Shown here: positions 1 to 8,959 of the stretch, piece after piece
How positions within the stretch are numbered: position 1 is the stretch's first letter
Layout: each line of letters opens with the position of its first letter
Origin: an uncultured virus (IMG/VR IMGVR_UViG_3300021085_002396)
Lineage: Duplodnaviria > Heunggongvirae > Uroviricota > Caudoviricetes
Direction: 5' to 3' (one strand)
DNA length: 64,000 nucleotides
IMG/VR virus record: IMGVR_UViG_3300021085_002396
Made by a program: the position numbers and the translations under genes
The notes under the pieces: model-generated
The model's input: only the letters and a program-made list of their open reading frames with translations
Told to the model about the DNA's origin: nothing
The model's database searches: none

Positions 1-410
1 AGAATATCTCGAAGGACCAACTGTTTGGTGGGTTATTTTCTGCTATAGAGAGAAAAAAAAGAGTAGGGGCACATGCAGGACTGATCTTACCCACCTAAAT
101 TACACACACCTGCCTATGTTTATTCTATACAGGCTATATATCTTTATATGAATCTATAAGTATATCTATATATGAATATATACACTAGTTATTATTAATA
201 GGCTTCAATGGTATTAGACGTTAGTCTCCTATGGGTATGCATATCATAGCACTTCTCTCTTAGAGGATCTATGTAAACATATATCTATGTAAAGGCAAAG
301 CCGTACACTACCTCAGAGACTAGCTATGCTAGTACCTTATTTATATGCCCCAGTACCCGGTAATCCGCTATAATGGTCCCATTGGTAGGATTGGTTGGAT
401 GTTTTGTCAA

Positions 411-470
411 TATTGCGCGTGCTCACTTCGTTCGATGAGGAGAGAAACGCCCTCCCCCTCTCACTCTTTT
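411..470 (-). repeat. Diverged copy of dispersed GC-rich structured element
   Basis: Shares GCGCGTG..CTTCG..GAGAGAAACGCCC (plus strand) with the copies at 1217-1280 and 48367-48434; lies just after the stop of 485..1033. Confidence 0.6.
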
Positions 471-484
471 TTAAAGCAGCCATA

Positions 485-1033
485 TCAAAGCCCCATCCTT
501 TGAGTGATAAGTCTATCTTCATCTTTAACTAATTTAAATTGTTTATACATACTATAATCTTCTTCATTGGCTTTGTAACCCCAATGTAGTAATGACTGTT
601 GTATCCTTGGTGATATACTCCAATCATCTTCTTGTTCTATTCTCTTATATAATCTATTACGCCATCTACCATTAGTACCTGCAAAGTCTTGCCATCTTCT
701 TATCTGCCTATCATCGTCCTCTCCTCTGATGCCCATACTATACTTACAATACCATTCAAACCAACCATATGGATCTCTCTCATGCATCCAATTCATCTCC
801 TTCCAATACTCATAATCCATACCCGATCTTATCTTGTACTTATTCATACGAGGTTTATATGTCTCTCCTAAGTATAAGCTTGTATCTAAGCCCTTAAAAT
901 GATAATCAAATAACTCACTATACTCATAATTACTATACTCCTCTATAGGCAATCCGAAGTAACAACCACCAAAGGCTCCTTCTTCTACGATCTCTCTTGG
1001 AGTTAATATAGGATAGAATGCTAAGTTACTCAT
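485..1033 (-). CDS. Conserved hypothetical protein (DPYGWFEWYC..GxRxxDDxRQIxRW family)
   Basis: 182 aa ORF with a W/Y-rich motif I recognise from uncharacterised viral and eukaryotic proteins. Confidence 0.75.
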   Translation of the reverse strand: MSNLAFYPILTPREIVEEGAFGGCYFGLPIEEYSNYEYSELFDYHFKGLDTSLYLGETYKPRMNKYKIRSGMDYEYWKEMNWMHERDPYGWFEWYCKYSMGIRGEDDDRQIRRWQDFAGTNGRWRNRLYKRIEQEDDWSISPRIQQSLLHWGYKANEEDYSMYKQFKLVKDEDRLITQRMGL

Positions 1034-1206
1034 ACAAATAAACTTATTATAAGATAAAATAAAGCTACTACTATGACTGAGACTATAGTCAACCCAATGA
1101 CTTTATAGTTATTCTCTACTTGACGCTTAGTCCTTCCTTGATGTAGAGTAGTATCCCACTCCTTAGTCCTTGCATCTAACATAGTATATTTCTTCTTTTT
1201 CTTCAT
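1030..1206 (-). CDS. Small C-terminally anchored membrane protein (58 aa, not in ORF track)
   Basis: MKKRRKYTML...VIGLTIVSVIVVALFYLIISLFV; ATGA overlap with the next gene. Confidence 0.7.
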   Translation of the reverse strand: MKKKKKYTMLDARTKEWDTTLHQGRTKRQVENNYKVIGLTIVSVIVVALFYLIISLFV

Positions 1207-1216
1207 ATTACTTTTT

Positions 1217-1280
1217 TAAATTCGCGCGTGGCTCCTTCGGAGGAGAGAGAGAAACGCCCCCTCACCCCCTCGCCATGCTT
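1217..1280 (-). repeat. Dispersed GC-rich structured element, copy 2
   Basis: Nearly identical to 48367-48434; starts immediately after the stop of 1282..1791. Confidence 0.9.
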
Positions 1281-1281
1281 A

Positions 1282-1791
1282 TTATGCAAACAAACTTAAT
1301 TGCTTAGCTTCCGTTCTTTTAGACTTCAATTGGAATACACTAGTTACTTTTCTAGTAGGTCTAAACTTCTCATCAGCATTATCAATCAACGTACCATCCT
1401 TTATAGTAAAGGCATGACCTGCTACTCCAACAATATAAGTCCCTTTAGGATTATCTTTAATGAATGACTTAACAGTCTTCTGACGGTAAACCATCTCTCC
1501 ATATAACTTATACCCATTAGTAATTCTCATCTTGTTAAGAACTTTAAAGTCAAAGTCTTTATTACCTATACTTAAACCTTTATCTTCAAGAGGATTTATT
1601 GTAGCGCCAGTAAAGTATACACCCTTACCGTTTGCTCTTCCGAAATAATCTTTAGTGAATTTATGAGCAACGTCATAATTAACTTCTGTAGCTGATGCTA
1701 AAGCTCTAACGAAACAATCGTTCTTCTCGCCCTTAGCTAACTCAGAACCATAACCCTTAATACTTGTACTTGATCTTTTAAAATTTACCAT
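1282..1791 (-). CDS. Hypothetical protein, possible papain/transglutaminase-like Cys-His-Asp fold
   Basis: NDCFVRAL and GHAFTIKDG..ID motifs; AAAGGTTATG start context. Confidence 0.55.
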   Translation of the reverse strand: MVNFKRSSTSIKGYGSELAKGEKNDCFVRALASATEVNYDVAHKFTKDYFGRANGKGVYFTGATINPLEDKGLSIGNKDFDFKVLNKMRITNGYKLYGEMVYRQKTVKSFIKDNPKGTYIVGVAGHAFTIKDGTLIDNADEKFRPTRKVTSVFQLKSKRTEAKQLSLFA

Positions 1792-1814
1792 AACCTTTAT
1801 TTGTTTTAATATTA

Positions 1815-1852
1815 TACCTTAATATATGAATAATATATCAGACGAGCAACTA
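1815..1852 (-). promoter_or_regulatory. Bacteroidota-type promoter (class 1)
   Basis: Minus strand TAGTTGC-N-TATATTAAG; motif recurs across the window. Confidence 0.75.
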
Positions 1853-1866
1853 GTTACATAGTTATT

Positions 1867-2022
1867 TTACCAGTTTTTTATAATATTAGCTACAATCAAA
1901 GCATTACATATTACTGCCTGGAGTATAATTAATGTTCTCAGTATAGCTATTTTATCTGCTTCACTTGTTGGACCTATCTTTTCTCCCAAAGCTCTCGCCC
2001 ATAATCTCCATGCTCTACGCAT
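1867..2022 (-). CDS. Small phage membrane protein (51 aa, not in ORF track)
   Basis: MRRAWRLWARALGEK..EADKIAILRT..IVANIIKNW, a common small phage family; overlaps the upstream stop. Confidence 0.8.
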   Translation of the reverse strand: MRRAWRLWARALGEKIGPTSEADKIAILRTLIILQAVICNALIVANIIKNW

Positions 2023-2230
2023 ACTTAGTTATTTTATGCTTCTTCATATACTTTTCTATAAAGTACTCCCCCCATCCTAAATCATGTACAACAATATCTT
2101 TATCAAGAAGCTTTGATCTGGAGCTATTAACTTGATCTATGTACCTTACATTCCGGAAGACTTTCATATACTTTTTGAAGCCTTTACCTTTTGTGTAGAC
2201 TACTACGATTGGTATAATTTTAGAGGGCAT
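2015..2230 (-). CDS. Hypothetical protein
   Basis: 71 aa ORF overlapping both neighbours. Confidence 0.7.
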   Translation of the reverse strand: MPSKIIPIVVVYTKGKGFKKYMKVFRNVRYIDQVNSSRSKLLDKDIVVHDLGWGEYFIEKYMKKHKITKYA

Positions 2231-2453
2231 GTTTTATAGTCTCAGTTTTAAACTCAGTTCTTAAAAACTCTAATAAGCATCCTTGAAAGTCTGTATCTCG
2301 ATCAGCAATCTCATTCCAATCTATAAAGAACCATTCAATTAACGCATCCATATACGTTGGTTCTAAGTCAGGAGTCTTTTCATTATTAAGCTGCATCATA
2401 TGTACAGTATCAATAATCTCTTGCATTACATAATCTTTACTTAAATATTTCAT
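2220..2453 (-). CDS. Hypothetical protein (77 aa; start reassigned to MKYLSK)
   Basis: ATG at 2453 has the AAAGGTTATG context; the longer ORF would run through the tRNA. Confidence 0.75.
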   Translation of the reverse strand: MKYLSKDYVMQEIIDTVHMMQLNNEKTPDLEPTYMDALIEWFFIDWNEIADRDTDFQGCLLEFLRTEFKTETIKHAL

Positions 2454-2470
2454 AACCTTTATTAATTTAG

Positions 2471-2543
2471 TTGCGCTGGGAGGATTCGAACCTCCGACCT
2501 TTGGGTTATGAGCCCAACGAGCTGGCCACTGCTCTACAGCGCT
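2471..2543 (-). tRNA. Initiator tRNA-fMet (CAT)
   Basis: AGCGCTG TA GAGC..GCTC G TTGGG CTCATAA CCCAA AGGTC GGAGG TTCGAAT CCTCC CAGCGCA A; unpaired 1:72 and three G-C pairs closing the anticodon stem; CCA not encoded. Confidence 0.95.
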
Positions 2544-2549
2544 ATAAGA

Positions 2550-2831
2550 TGGAGTTAGGGTGGGTGTTAGGTATCCTCTCTGTGAAAATAGTTTCGCCCG
2601 GAATGGACTTGGTACCTCGCTGTCTTCACACAGCTTATTTTCTTCCCCTTTTAAAGTGATCAAAATTTACACTCCCAATGTCGAGCCTCAGTCTTTAGTT
2701 CCTTTTCCTTTCCCTCTATAACCGGCGGTAGTCAGTACTAAGCTTTCAACTTCTAGCGAGCTCTTGATATCATCTCATCGCGTCGGCCTCTCTTTAACGG
2801 ATCAATCTTTCAGATCCAACACTTTCCTCCA
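2550..2831 (-). ncRNA. Candidate ~280 nt structured ncRNA upstream of the tRNA
   Basis: GC-enriched, no convincing ORF; 5' TGGAG..GTGTTGG pairs with 3' CTAACAC..CTCCA; several internal hairpins. Confidence 0.6.
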
Positions 2832-2834
2832 ATA

Positions 2835-2846
2835 TGTTAAAGAACG
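2835..2846 (-). promoter_or_regulatory. boxA-like antitermination site
   Basis: CGTTCTTTAACA resembles rrn boxA TGCTCTTTAACA and lies directly before the RNA genes. Confidence 0.6.
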
Positions 2847-2852
2847 TTGCTA

Positions 2853-3092
2853 CTAAAATGGTAGCGGTTCATCTTTTTCTTTCTCGATAGGTCTAGATTT
2901 ATCATCTAGTTTTCTATATGAAAGTGAAGCAAATGGTTGCTCACCTATCTCTATTACATTAGCTCTAGCATTAACATGCTTAGCATCTATCTCTTCAGCA
3001 TACTCATGAGCTTTTTTACGAGCCATATAATCATTGTCTGCATGAATGTACAAATCTATCTGTACTGAATATCTTTTTTTATCTCTAGCCAT
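2853..3092 (-). CDS. Hypothetical protein
   Basis: 79 aa ORF ending in DEPLPF, an SSB-tail-like acidic-PF end. Confidence 0.7.
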   Translation of the reverse strand: MARDKKRYSVQIDLYIHADNDYMARKKAHEYAEEIDAKHVNARANVIEIGEQPFASLSYRKLDDKSRPIEKEKDEPLPF

Positions 3093-3280
3093 TACTTATA
3101 TACTTTAGTTACTACATCCTCTCCATCGAATAATATCGTAATACCATCTGATTCAACAACGTACTTATTCATTCCGTTATAAGCGTGAAGGGTACAATCA
3201 GCTTGAACTGTATCACCATTCTCTGTTAAGCCTTCCATCTGGAAGATCTGACCTACTTTTAAATCTTTAATCTGTATCAT
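3092..3280 (-). CDS. Hypothetical protein
   Basis: 62 aa ORF behind a promoter/leader cassette. Confidence 0.75.
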   Translation of the reverse strand: MIQIKDLKVGQIFQMEGLTENGDTVQADCTLHAYNGMNKYVVESDGITILFDGEDVVTKVYK

Positions 3281-3342
3281 AACCTTTATTTTACCTTTTT
3301 AATTATACTTAAATATAAGAAGAAATACTCAGGGAGGCAACT
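3278..3342 (-). promoter_or_regulatory. Promoter plus leader cassette, copy 1 of 3
   Basis: Plus strand CATAACCTTTATTTTACCTTTTTAATTATAC..AATATA.GAA...GGCAACT, shared with 7262-7327 and 15877-15942. Confidence 0.85.
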
Positions 3343-3363
3343 CCTCCCCAAGTTATTTTTAAT

Positions 3364-3504
3364 TTATTCTTGGTCGGTTAAATTTTTATTATATACTAAG
3401 TTGTAAATATCGTCGGCGAATTCGGGTGTAATCGAATTAGATTCTAATAGAGATTGAATAGTTTTTTTAATGTTGTCGTCGGTGTGATAGATAGGTTGAA
3501 TCAT
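3364..3504 (-). CDS. Small hypothetical protein (46 aa, not in ORF track)
   Basis: MIQPIYHTDD...NLTDQE fills the gap downstream of a promoter motif near 3557-3594. Confidence 0.6.
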   Translation of the reverse strand: MIQPIYHTDDNIKKTIQSLLESNSITPEFADDIYNLVYNKNLTDQE

Positions 3505-3603
3505 AGTAGAAATAAATTAAATTAATTATAAAGAGAGTATATCTCTCTTTCTTTAATACTTAAAGATATGAAAAATAACAATAAGAACCTACTAGTTACT
3601 AAG

Positions 3604-3972
3604 TTATTTTACTGACTCTTTCCAGAAAGCCTGTACAAATAATACTGCAAAACAAAGTAATAATTGAAATGCTATCTTCATAGTAAACTTCTCCTGAAAG
3701 AATATTTGGATCATAATAGCATATATAATCATTCCTATAGCAAAGCCTACAAATCTAGCTCCCCAGATACTTCCTCCATATCCTTCAACATTGTACTTAG
3801 TCGCAAGAATAAATACATAAGTTAGAGGAACAGATAAAGCATACATACCCCACCATTTCTCATCGTACTCAGGATACTTAAACTGTAAGTTATGTTGAAA
3901 CCAAGCTCCAATTTGAGCAACTATAGTTACAAGTGCTCCTAATAGTATATAATACCAATTTAAATCTTTCAT
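3604..3972 (-). CDS. Four-TM membrane protein
   Basis: Four hydrophobic segments, SMR/DMT-like size. Confidence 0.75.
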   Translation of the reverse strand: MKDLNWYYILLGALVTIVAQIGAWFQHNLQFKYPEYDEKWWGMYALSVPLTYVFILATKYNVEGYGGSIWGARFVGFAIGMIIYAIMIQIFFQEKFTMKIAFQLLLCFAVLFVQAFWKESVK

Positions 3973-4187
3973 ACTTCTAGTAGTACGCTTTTCTCTGCGT
4001 GTTTAATTAGTAACCTCTGGTACATTCTATGTATGCTATCATCTGCTGTAAAAACATCTTTAGTGTTTACTGAATAGAATTTAAAGAAGTTATTAATGTA
4101 GTTCTTAGCTCCATCTAACTGAGTATGATTCTCACATGAATCTACTACCTTTAAAGCTTTCTTATATGTAGTAAATGAATTTATCAT
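3969..4187 (-). CDS. Hypothetical protein (start reassigned to MINSFT)
   Basis: ATGA overlap with the 4184..4369 stop. Confidence 0.7.
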   Translation of the reverse strand: MINSFTTYKKALKVVDSCENHTQLDGAKNYINNFFKFYSVNTKDVFTADDSIHRMYQRLLIKHAEKSVLLEV

Positions 4188-4369
4188 GATATGCCCTTTA
4201 AAAATTCCCATATGAATGTTCCTAGACTTATTGGCCATAGTAAAGAATGAAATAATCGTTCTCGCCATACCCAAGGTCGTCCTAGAAAGCCATCTATTTG
4301 ATTTGTTGTATAATACTCTAACCATGCTGCCCATATTACTCCTATTATTATATATAATCCTAGTGTCAT
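4184..4369 (-). CDS. Small two-TM membrane protein
   Basis: Hydrophobic helices, LLWP motif. Confidence 0.75.
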   Translation of the reverse strand: MTLGLYIIIGVIWAAWLEYYTTNQIDGFLGRPWVWRERLFHSLLWPISLGTFIWEFLKGIS

Positions 4370-5670
4370 TAATTCTTATATTTTAAGTTAAACTGTCCGT
4401 TATCCTGCTGTTCATAGTATATACCTCTCACAGAGTTAAAGTCTACAAAGCTAGCTGCGTTAAGCTTATCGCTTTCCGGAATTATATCTAGTAAACAATC
4501 TCCGTTTACATCATAGATCGTACTCTTATGAGGCCATATAAATGTCCCTAAGCCTATTATGTTAGGAGACTCTAATGCCTGGTCTTGATACCAATTAAAT
4601 CCTTCTCCTTTAAGTATTTGAACTTTAATACCATCGTAGTATTCATTATCTACTAATTCAAATTGTACTCCATCTCTTCCAGTAGTTCTAGTAATAATAA
4701 TTTCTACATTACCATCTCGATCAATATCGTAGATATCAAAGTCTGTAATTACACCCCAGTTTAATATCTGAGGGAGTATAATTGGGTTATCTACATCGAA
4801 CTGTCCTGGACCTAATCCTCTAAGTATATGAGTCTGCCATACTACTTTACGTAATGAAGTAGCCATCCAATCTTCTTCCCATTCGTGCCCACCTAGTATT
4901 AAATCTAGAATTCCATCTTTATCGAAATCATATAATTCACTATGAAAAGTTCGAGCTACATGATGAGTAGTTATGTTAGAATCACTATTAGTCCATACTT
5001 CACTAGTTCCGCTAGATTGTAAAAGGTTAACATACCCGTTACTACCATTAGTAAAAGCTTGAGAGTTAATCTCTAAAATCTCTGCATTTCCATTTGTTAC
5101 TCCATACGCTCCTGTATGGTAATATCCGCTGATGCTTCCTATTTCCTGTACCCTATAGCTACCAGAAGCATACATATAGATCACAGTAGTAATATCTCCT
5201 GATGATTGTGCAGTATCAGGTCCTGTTCCAAATAGAATTATATCATCTATACCATCTTGATTTAGATCTTCTGTAACTACCTTCCTAGTTTTTAGTTGAG
5301 GACTTGGTATTGCTATTACTATAACATCATCTACTACTATAACTACTTCACCCCTAGGAGGATTTTCTATATTAGTTCCTCCTTCTGTTACGATTACATA
5401 ATCAGACGTATCGTTATTATTAAAATTACCAAATGCAGACCATAAAGTAAATTGTCCAAATCTAGGTAAGTTAACATTTAACTTCTTAGCAGTATCAACA
5501 AAAGGAATATCCCAATGAAGGTAATCTGTTTCACAATCAGTAGCAGAAGGTATCTGTACATCTACTACTAACTCACAGTTACAGGGTTGTACTGGAGCAA
5601 TAGGTTCCATAGGTTCCTTCTGACATCCTATTATAAGAAGTCCGAGTATTATGTATCTATTGATTCTCAC
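4369..5670 (-). CDS. FG-GAP/VCBS repeat lipoprotein
   Basis: Lipobox-like LLIIGC; repeats DLNQDGIDDII, DFDKDGILDLI, DIDRDGNVEII, DVNGDCLLDII; GTG start chosen. Confidence 0.85.
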   Translation of the reverse strand: MRINRYIILGLLIIGCQKEPMEPIAPVQPCNCELVVDVQIPSATDCETDYLHWDIPFVDTAKKLNVNLPRFGQFTLWSAFGNFNNNDTSDYVIVTEGGTNIENPPRGEVVIVVDDVIVIAIPSPQLKTRKVVTEDLNQDGIDDIILFGTGPDTAQSSGDITTVIYMYASGSYRVQEIGSISGYYHTGAYGVTNGNAEILEINSQAFTNGSNGYVNLLQSSGTSEVWTNSDSNITTHHVARTFHSELYDFDKDGILDLILGGHEWEEDWMATSLRKVVWQTHILRGLGPGQFDVDNPIILPQILNWGVITDFDIYDIDRDGNVEIIITRTTGRDGVQFELVDNEYYDGIKVQILKGEGFNWYQDQALESPNIIGLGTFIWPHKSTIYDVNGDCLLDIIPESDKLNAASFVDFNSVRGIYYEQQDNGQFNLKYKN

Positions 5671-5821
5671 AATTATCTTTATGTTTAAACCATCCACCAC
5701 ATTTACATTTAATGTAATGTACAGCAGTAAGAAAGATGGGAGAGCCGGCCAACAAGGTTATGACGTTTGGATGCCAATGCTCTCCACAAATTCCTAATGT
5801 ATGTTTTATTATTTCAATCAT
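5657..5821 (-). CDS. Small His/Cys-rich protein (54 aa, not in ORF track)
   Basis: MIEIIKHTLGICGEHWHPN...CKCGGWFKHKDNC fills the gap exactly. Confidence 0.7.
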   Translation of the reverse strand: MIEIIKHTLGICGEHWHPNVITLLAGSPIFLTAVHYIKCKCGGWFKHKDNCENQ

Positions 5822-5825
5822 ATTA

Positions 5826-6062
5826 TTATCTATTTACTTTATGAAGGTTGGAACCCCAACCAGTTCTTACATCCATAGCAGCTATCTCTTTAGCTACATT
5901 AGGATCTTTTATTACTTCAGTTTCAGCATACTCAGTCTTCCCAGATATAATATTTCTAACGTACCATCTAGAAGTACTAGAGCAGTTTACACAGGTCTTA
6001 GTTCCTGGTAATGCTTTTAATCTCAAAGGATTAATCTCGTTACAACATTTACTACAGTCCAT
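5826..6062 (-). CDS. DksA/TraR-type C4 zinc finger protein
   Basis: CSKC.NEINPLRLKALPGTKTCVNC. Confidence 0.85.
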   Translation of the reverse strand: MDCSKCCNEINPLRLKALPGTKTCVNCSSTSRWYVRNIISGKTEYAETEVIKDPNVAKEIAAMDVRTGWGSNLHKVNR

Positions 6063-6453
6063 CTTTAACTTCTTTTATATGCTTACACTTCTTATGACCT
6101 ATATACCCCCAGCAATCACAGCTTAAGTTACCAGCTGCATTATATCTAACAGTATATTCTTTATCGCTTGAAGCAGACTTAAATGACCACTTTTGATCGT
6201 TTCTCTCTTCTACGAATAGCTCTTCAAAAGGTTTCTTATCTACTAAGATATCATCTAAGGTAGCTTTTTCGTGAACCTCTATCCAAGAAGGAGTATGAAA
6301 TCTACCGGTAGGTAAATTTACTAACCCACCTTTACCTACATTAGTAAAGGGTACTTTATAATAGTGGCGAGTAGCCCATCCACTCTCAGGATTCGAAATG
6401 GATAGGGCACCGTCAGAGTAGACTATCTCACCGTTATAGTTCCATAGAGCCAT
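6052..6453 (-). CDS. SWIM zinc finger protein
   Basis: YTV...SCDCWGY....CKH motif. Confidence 0.85.
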   Translation of the reverse strand: MALWNYNGEIVYSDGALSISNPESGWATRHYYKVPFTNVGKGGLVNLPTGRFHTPSWIEVHEKATLDDILVDKKPFEELFVEERNDQKWSFKSASSDKEYTVRYNAAGNLSCDCWGYIGHKKCKHIKEVKDGL

Positions 6454-6454
6454 A

Positions 6455-7264
6455 TTACTTACTATCAGCAGTTAATACATAATCTCTATATTGCCAAAGT
6501 AGATTCTCTACATTAGTCATTCTTACCTTTTCATAAACTCTAGGAGTTTCTCCGTAGGTAGCAATTTCAACATCAGCTGACTTACCAGAGGCAGTCTTGC
6601 TAATTATTTTAGCAGATGATATACCTCTCAAAGTCCAATCCCATCTTAAATCCATAGAACCTTTCTTCTGACCGTCAAACTTTAAACCTTTTTTAGATTC
6701 TAAAAGCTTCTCAGCAGTATCTAAGTAAGAGTTATTCTTTTCATCTCTAAGTTTCTGAATATCAGCTTCTAAAGTTCTTACTTCTTGGTACTTAGTATCA
6801 TACTCATCCTTATAAGAATCAGTTTTACTATCCATCTCAGCAATAATATCATCTTGAAAGTCTTGAATAACAGAAGCAACTTTACCTAGAACGGCAAATC
6901 TTTCTAACTCCCAAGGACCTCCAGCAGAAGTACTATAAGTAGAAATTCTCATAGAAGCCTTTTCACCTTTCTCTTCTCTCCAAGACCAAGGTCTTTCAAT
7001 TCTAATAGTACCTAACTCTTTATCATAAGAATAATCTTCATGAGGTCTTAAGATCTCAAAACTAGAATCTCCATCGTATTTAGGCTTAAGAATATAAGCA
7101 TCACTAGAGTATTCAGTATTTAATTCACCACCGAAGTATTTTTGAATAACAGAGAAATAAGAATCTCTTCTATCATCTCTAACCTTAAGAGCTTTCTTCT
7201 TAGCTTTAGATAATAGTTCTTGCTTTTTAGCAATAATCTCGTCAATAATTTCAATTTTTGTCAT
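6455..7264 (-). CDS. Hypothetical coiled-coil protein
   Basis: 269 aa ORF behind a promoter cassette. Confidence 0.8.
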   Translation of the reverse strand: MTKIEIIDEIIAKKQELLSKAKKKALKVRDDRRDSYFSVIQKYFGGELNTEYSSDAYILKPKYDGDSSFEILRPHEDYSYDKELGTIRIERPWSWREEKGEKASMRISTYSTSAGGPWELERFAVLGKVASVIQDFQDDIIAEMDSKTDSYKDEYDTKYQEVRTLEADIQKLRDEKNNSYLDTAEKLLESKKGLKFDGQKKGSMDLRWDWTLRGISSAKIISKTASGKSADVEIATYGETPRVYEKVRMTNVENLLWQYRDYVLTADSK

Positions 7265-7327
7265 AACCTTTATTTTACCTTTTTAATTATACTTAAATAT
7301 AAGAATAATCCTTCGGGGAGGCAACTA
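7262..7327 (-). promoter_or_regulatory. Promoter plus leader cassette, copy 2 of 3
   Basis: Minus strand TAGTTG-N20-TATATTTA followed by the shared AAAAAGGTAAAATAAAGGTTATG leader. Confidence 0.85.
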
Positions 7328-7762
7328 TTTCCCTATATTTCTCAGTAACTTATTTACTGAATAGTGTATAGAGTTCACTGAGATTGTTGCTCCACTTATA
7401 GCTGAAACTCTATCAATTGGTTCTTTCAAACCTATGAATTGTCTCAACCATCTTGTGCTTCCTATTTCACCTCCATAGTTTTCTCTATAGATCAAAACCT
7501 TTACTTTTACTATTGCAAAATTACTATCTAATAGAGCTAGATATTCAAAATCATCGTATCTAGACTTGGAACTACCTATGAAAGCATATCCCTTAGGGCC
7601 TTTATCAGTTAAGACAGAGTAGAGTGTTCCATCTAAATAACCTTCTTCTAATACGTCAAGTATTACTAGATCAACTTCATACTCTTTGGCGATAGCCTTA
7701 TGAGCTTTCTTCTCTAGATTAGATAGAAATAATAAAAGGCTAATAAAAAAGATACGCACCAT
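7325..7762 (-). CDS. FMN-binding domain protein (RnfG/NqrC-like FMN_bind)
   Basis: YRENYGGEI..WL.QF.G and AISGATIS flavinylation motif; N-terminal signal. Confidence 0.85.
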   Translation of the reverse strand: MVRIFFISLLLFLSNLEKKAHKAIAKEYEVDLVILDVLEEGYLDGTLYSVLTDKGPKGYAFIGSSKSRYDDFEYLALLDSNFAIVKVKVLIYRENYGGEIGSTRWLRQFIGLKEPIDRVSAISGATISVNSIHYSVNKLLRNIGK

Positions 7763-7997
7763 AACCTATAAGTAAATTAAAATTAACAATAACTAAGTTC
7801 CATTGTTTAGCTAACCAAACCTGAGGAAGAGATAATAATGCTCCTGCTAAATAAGTATAGGCACCCATATTATCATAAGGAAGTAGGTAAGGAGACATCA
7901 TTATAAATCCAGTCCCCATATAGCCCAACCTATTTCCTAATCTTTCTACCGGTTTAAGTTTTCTTTCTTTAACTAAAGACCTTAAAAACTTTCTCAT
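7740..7997 (-). CDS. Small three-TM membrane protein
   Basis: Hydrophobic segments, KQWNLV motif. Confidence 0.7.
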   Translation of the reverse strand: MRKFLRSLVKERKLKPVERLGNRLGYMGTGFIMMSPYLLPYDNMGAYTYLAGALLSLPQVWLAKQWNLVIVNFNLLIGYGAYLFY

Positions 7998-7998
7998 T

Positions 7999-8184
7999 TT
8001 AATTGTAAATTACAAATCGATCTCCAGAGTCTGAGCCAATTAAGTTGTGTTTAATAGATCGACCTCTAGGTTTTGAGCTTAGTTGGATATAGTTATACCC
8101 TCCTAGGCGTATTCCACCCCCATCGACTACAGTTTGTTGAAGTTTAAAATTTAGTTTTGATTTTAAAATAAAGTAGCTTTCCAT
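7999..8184 (-). CDS. Hypothetical protein
   Basis: 61 aa ORF behind a promoter motif near 8210-8245. Confidence 0.6.
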   Translation of the reverse strand: MESYFILKSKLNFKLQQTVVDGGGIRLGGYNYIQLSSKPRGRSIKHNLIGSDSGDRFVIYN

Positions 8185-8242
8185 ATGTTTTATATTATAT
8201 TAGTGAACTATCAATATAAGAAGAATATAGCAGAAAAACAAG

Positions 8243-8959
8243 CTAAAGTAGATGTTTTTTAGTAAGAGGAAGAAAACTATCGGTATGTTTCTTCTTGCCT
8301 GAGTAGTGTGTGTAGATGCCATTATTCTCTCTCACTTTGTTAGAGTAAGCGTAATGAGAATATCCTTTAACATCTGCTATAGTAGCTAATAGGTACTGTG
8401 CTCCTATTGCTGTACATTTACTGACGTCTAGCATATTCCTATACCTTTCTACAAATGCTTTAAATTTTATATACCTATCTAAATAAAGTGCTTGATATTC
8501 TTTATTATTGAAGCTTAGTATACCTGTACAAAAGGCTGCTCTCTTCTTACCATCCCATTCCGGAATAACCTTATTAATTTCTAAATAAGATAATGTATTA
8601 ACATCTATTTCGTAAAGTGATTTCCAATTAAAGTCTTCATAACTATCAATTAAAACATCAACATTTTTATTTACTTTGAAGCCTTGGTGCCAAATTATAT
8701 CACCATCTGATAGTAGAAAATCACTTTTATTATCATGAAGAGGAAATGATTTAAATTCATCCCAGAACATTACTGGTGTATCTACATAATGAAAAGTATC
8801 TACTAGGTGTTCAAAATCTCTATCATTAGAGTACATTTCTGTTGGATGTCCAAATATTTTAGCATCTATAATAGATCTTTTATAGTAAGCTTTATTATTT
8901 TTAATGGTACCCTCATCGTGAAATACATTTTTATCGTATGTCCATATAATTTTTATCAT
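8243..8959 (-). CDS. Putative GT-A fold glycosyltransferase-like protein
   Basis: FW..FK, DGD motif, (C)TGIL and a late YxH.SG. Confidence 0.6.
   Translation of the reverse strand: MIKIIWTYDKNVFHDEGTIKNNKAYYKRSIIDAKIFGHPTEMYSNDRDFEHLVDTFHYVDTPVMFWDEFKSFPLHDNKSDFLLSDGDIIWHQGFKVNKNVDVLIDSYEDFNWKSLYEIDVNTLSYLEINKVIPEWDGKKRAAFCTGILSFNNKEYQALYLDRYIKFKAFVERYRNMLDVSKCTAIGAQYLLATIADVKGYSHYAYSNKVRENNGIYTHYSGKKKHTDSFLPLTKKHLL

Noticed and set aside
1217..1280. Repeat as a CRISPR repeat or HDV-like ribozyme
   Set aside because: Copies are dispersed without spacers; despite GCGAAT I could not build the nested double pseudoknot
2454..2663. N-terminal extension of ORF 2220..2663 and plus ORF 2471..2659
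   Set aside because: They read through the tRNA and ncRNA; the ATG at 2453 has the conserved start context
2550..2831. RNase P RNA (GAGGAAAGT), SAM-I riboswitch (ATCAAGAG) or tmRNA
   Set aside because: Only short seed matches; I could not find the RNase P 3' P4 strand, the SAM-I core or tRNA-like tmRNA ends
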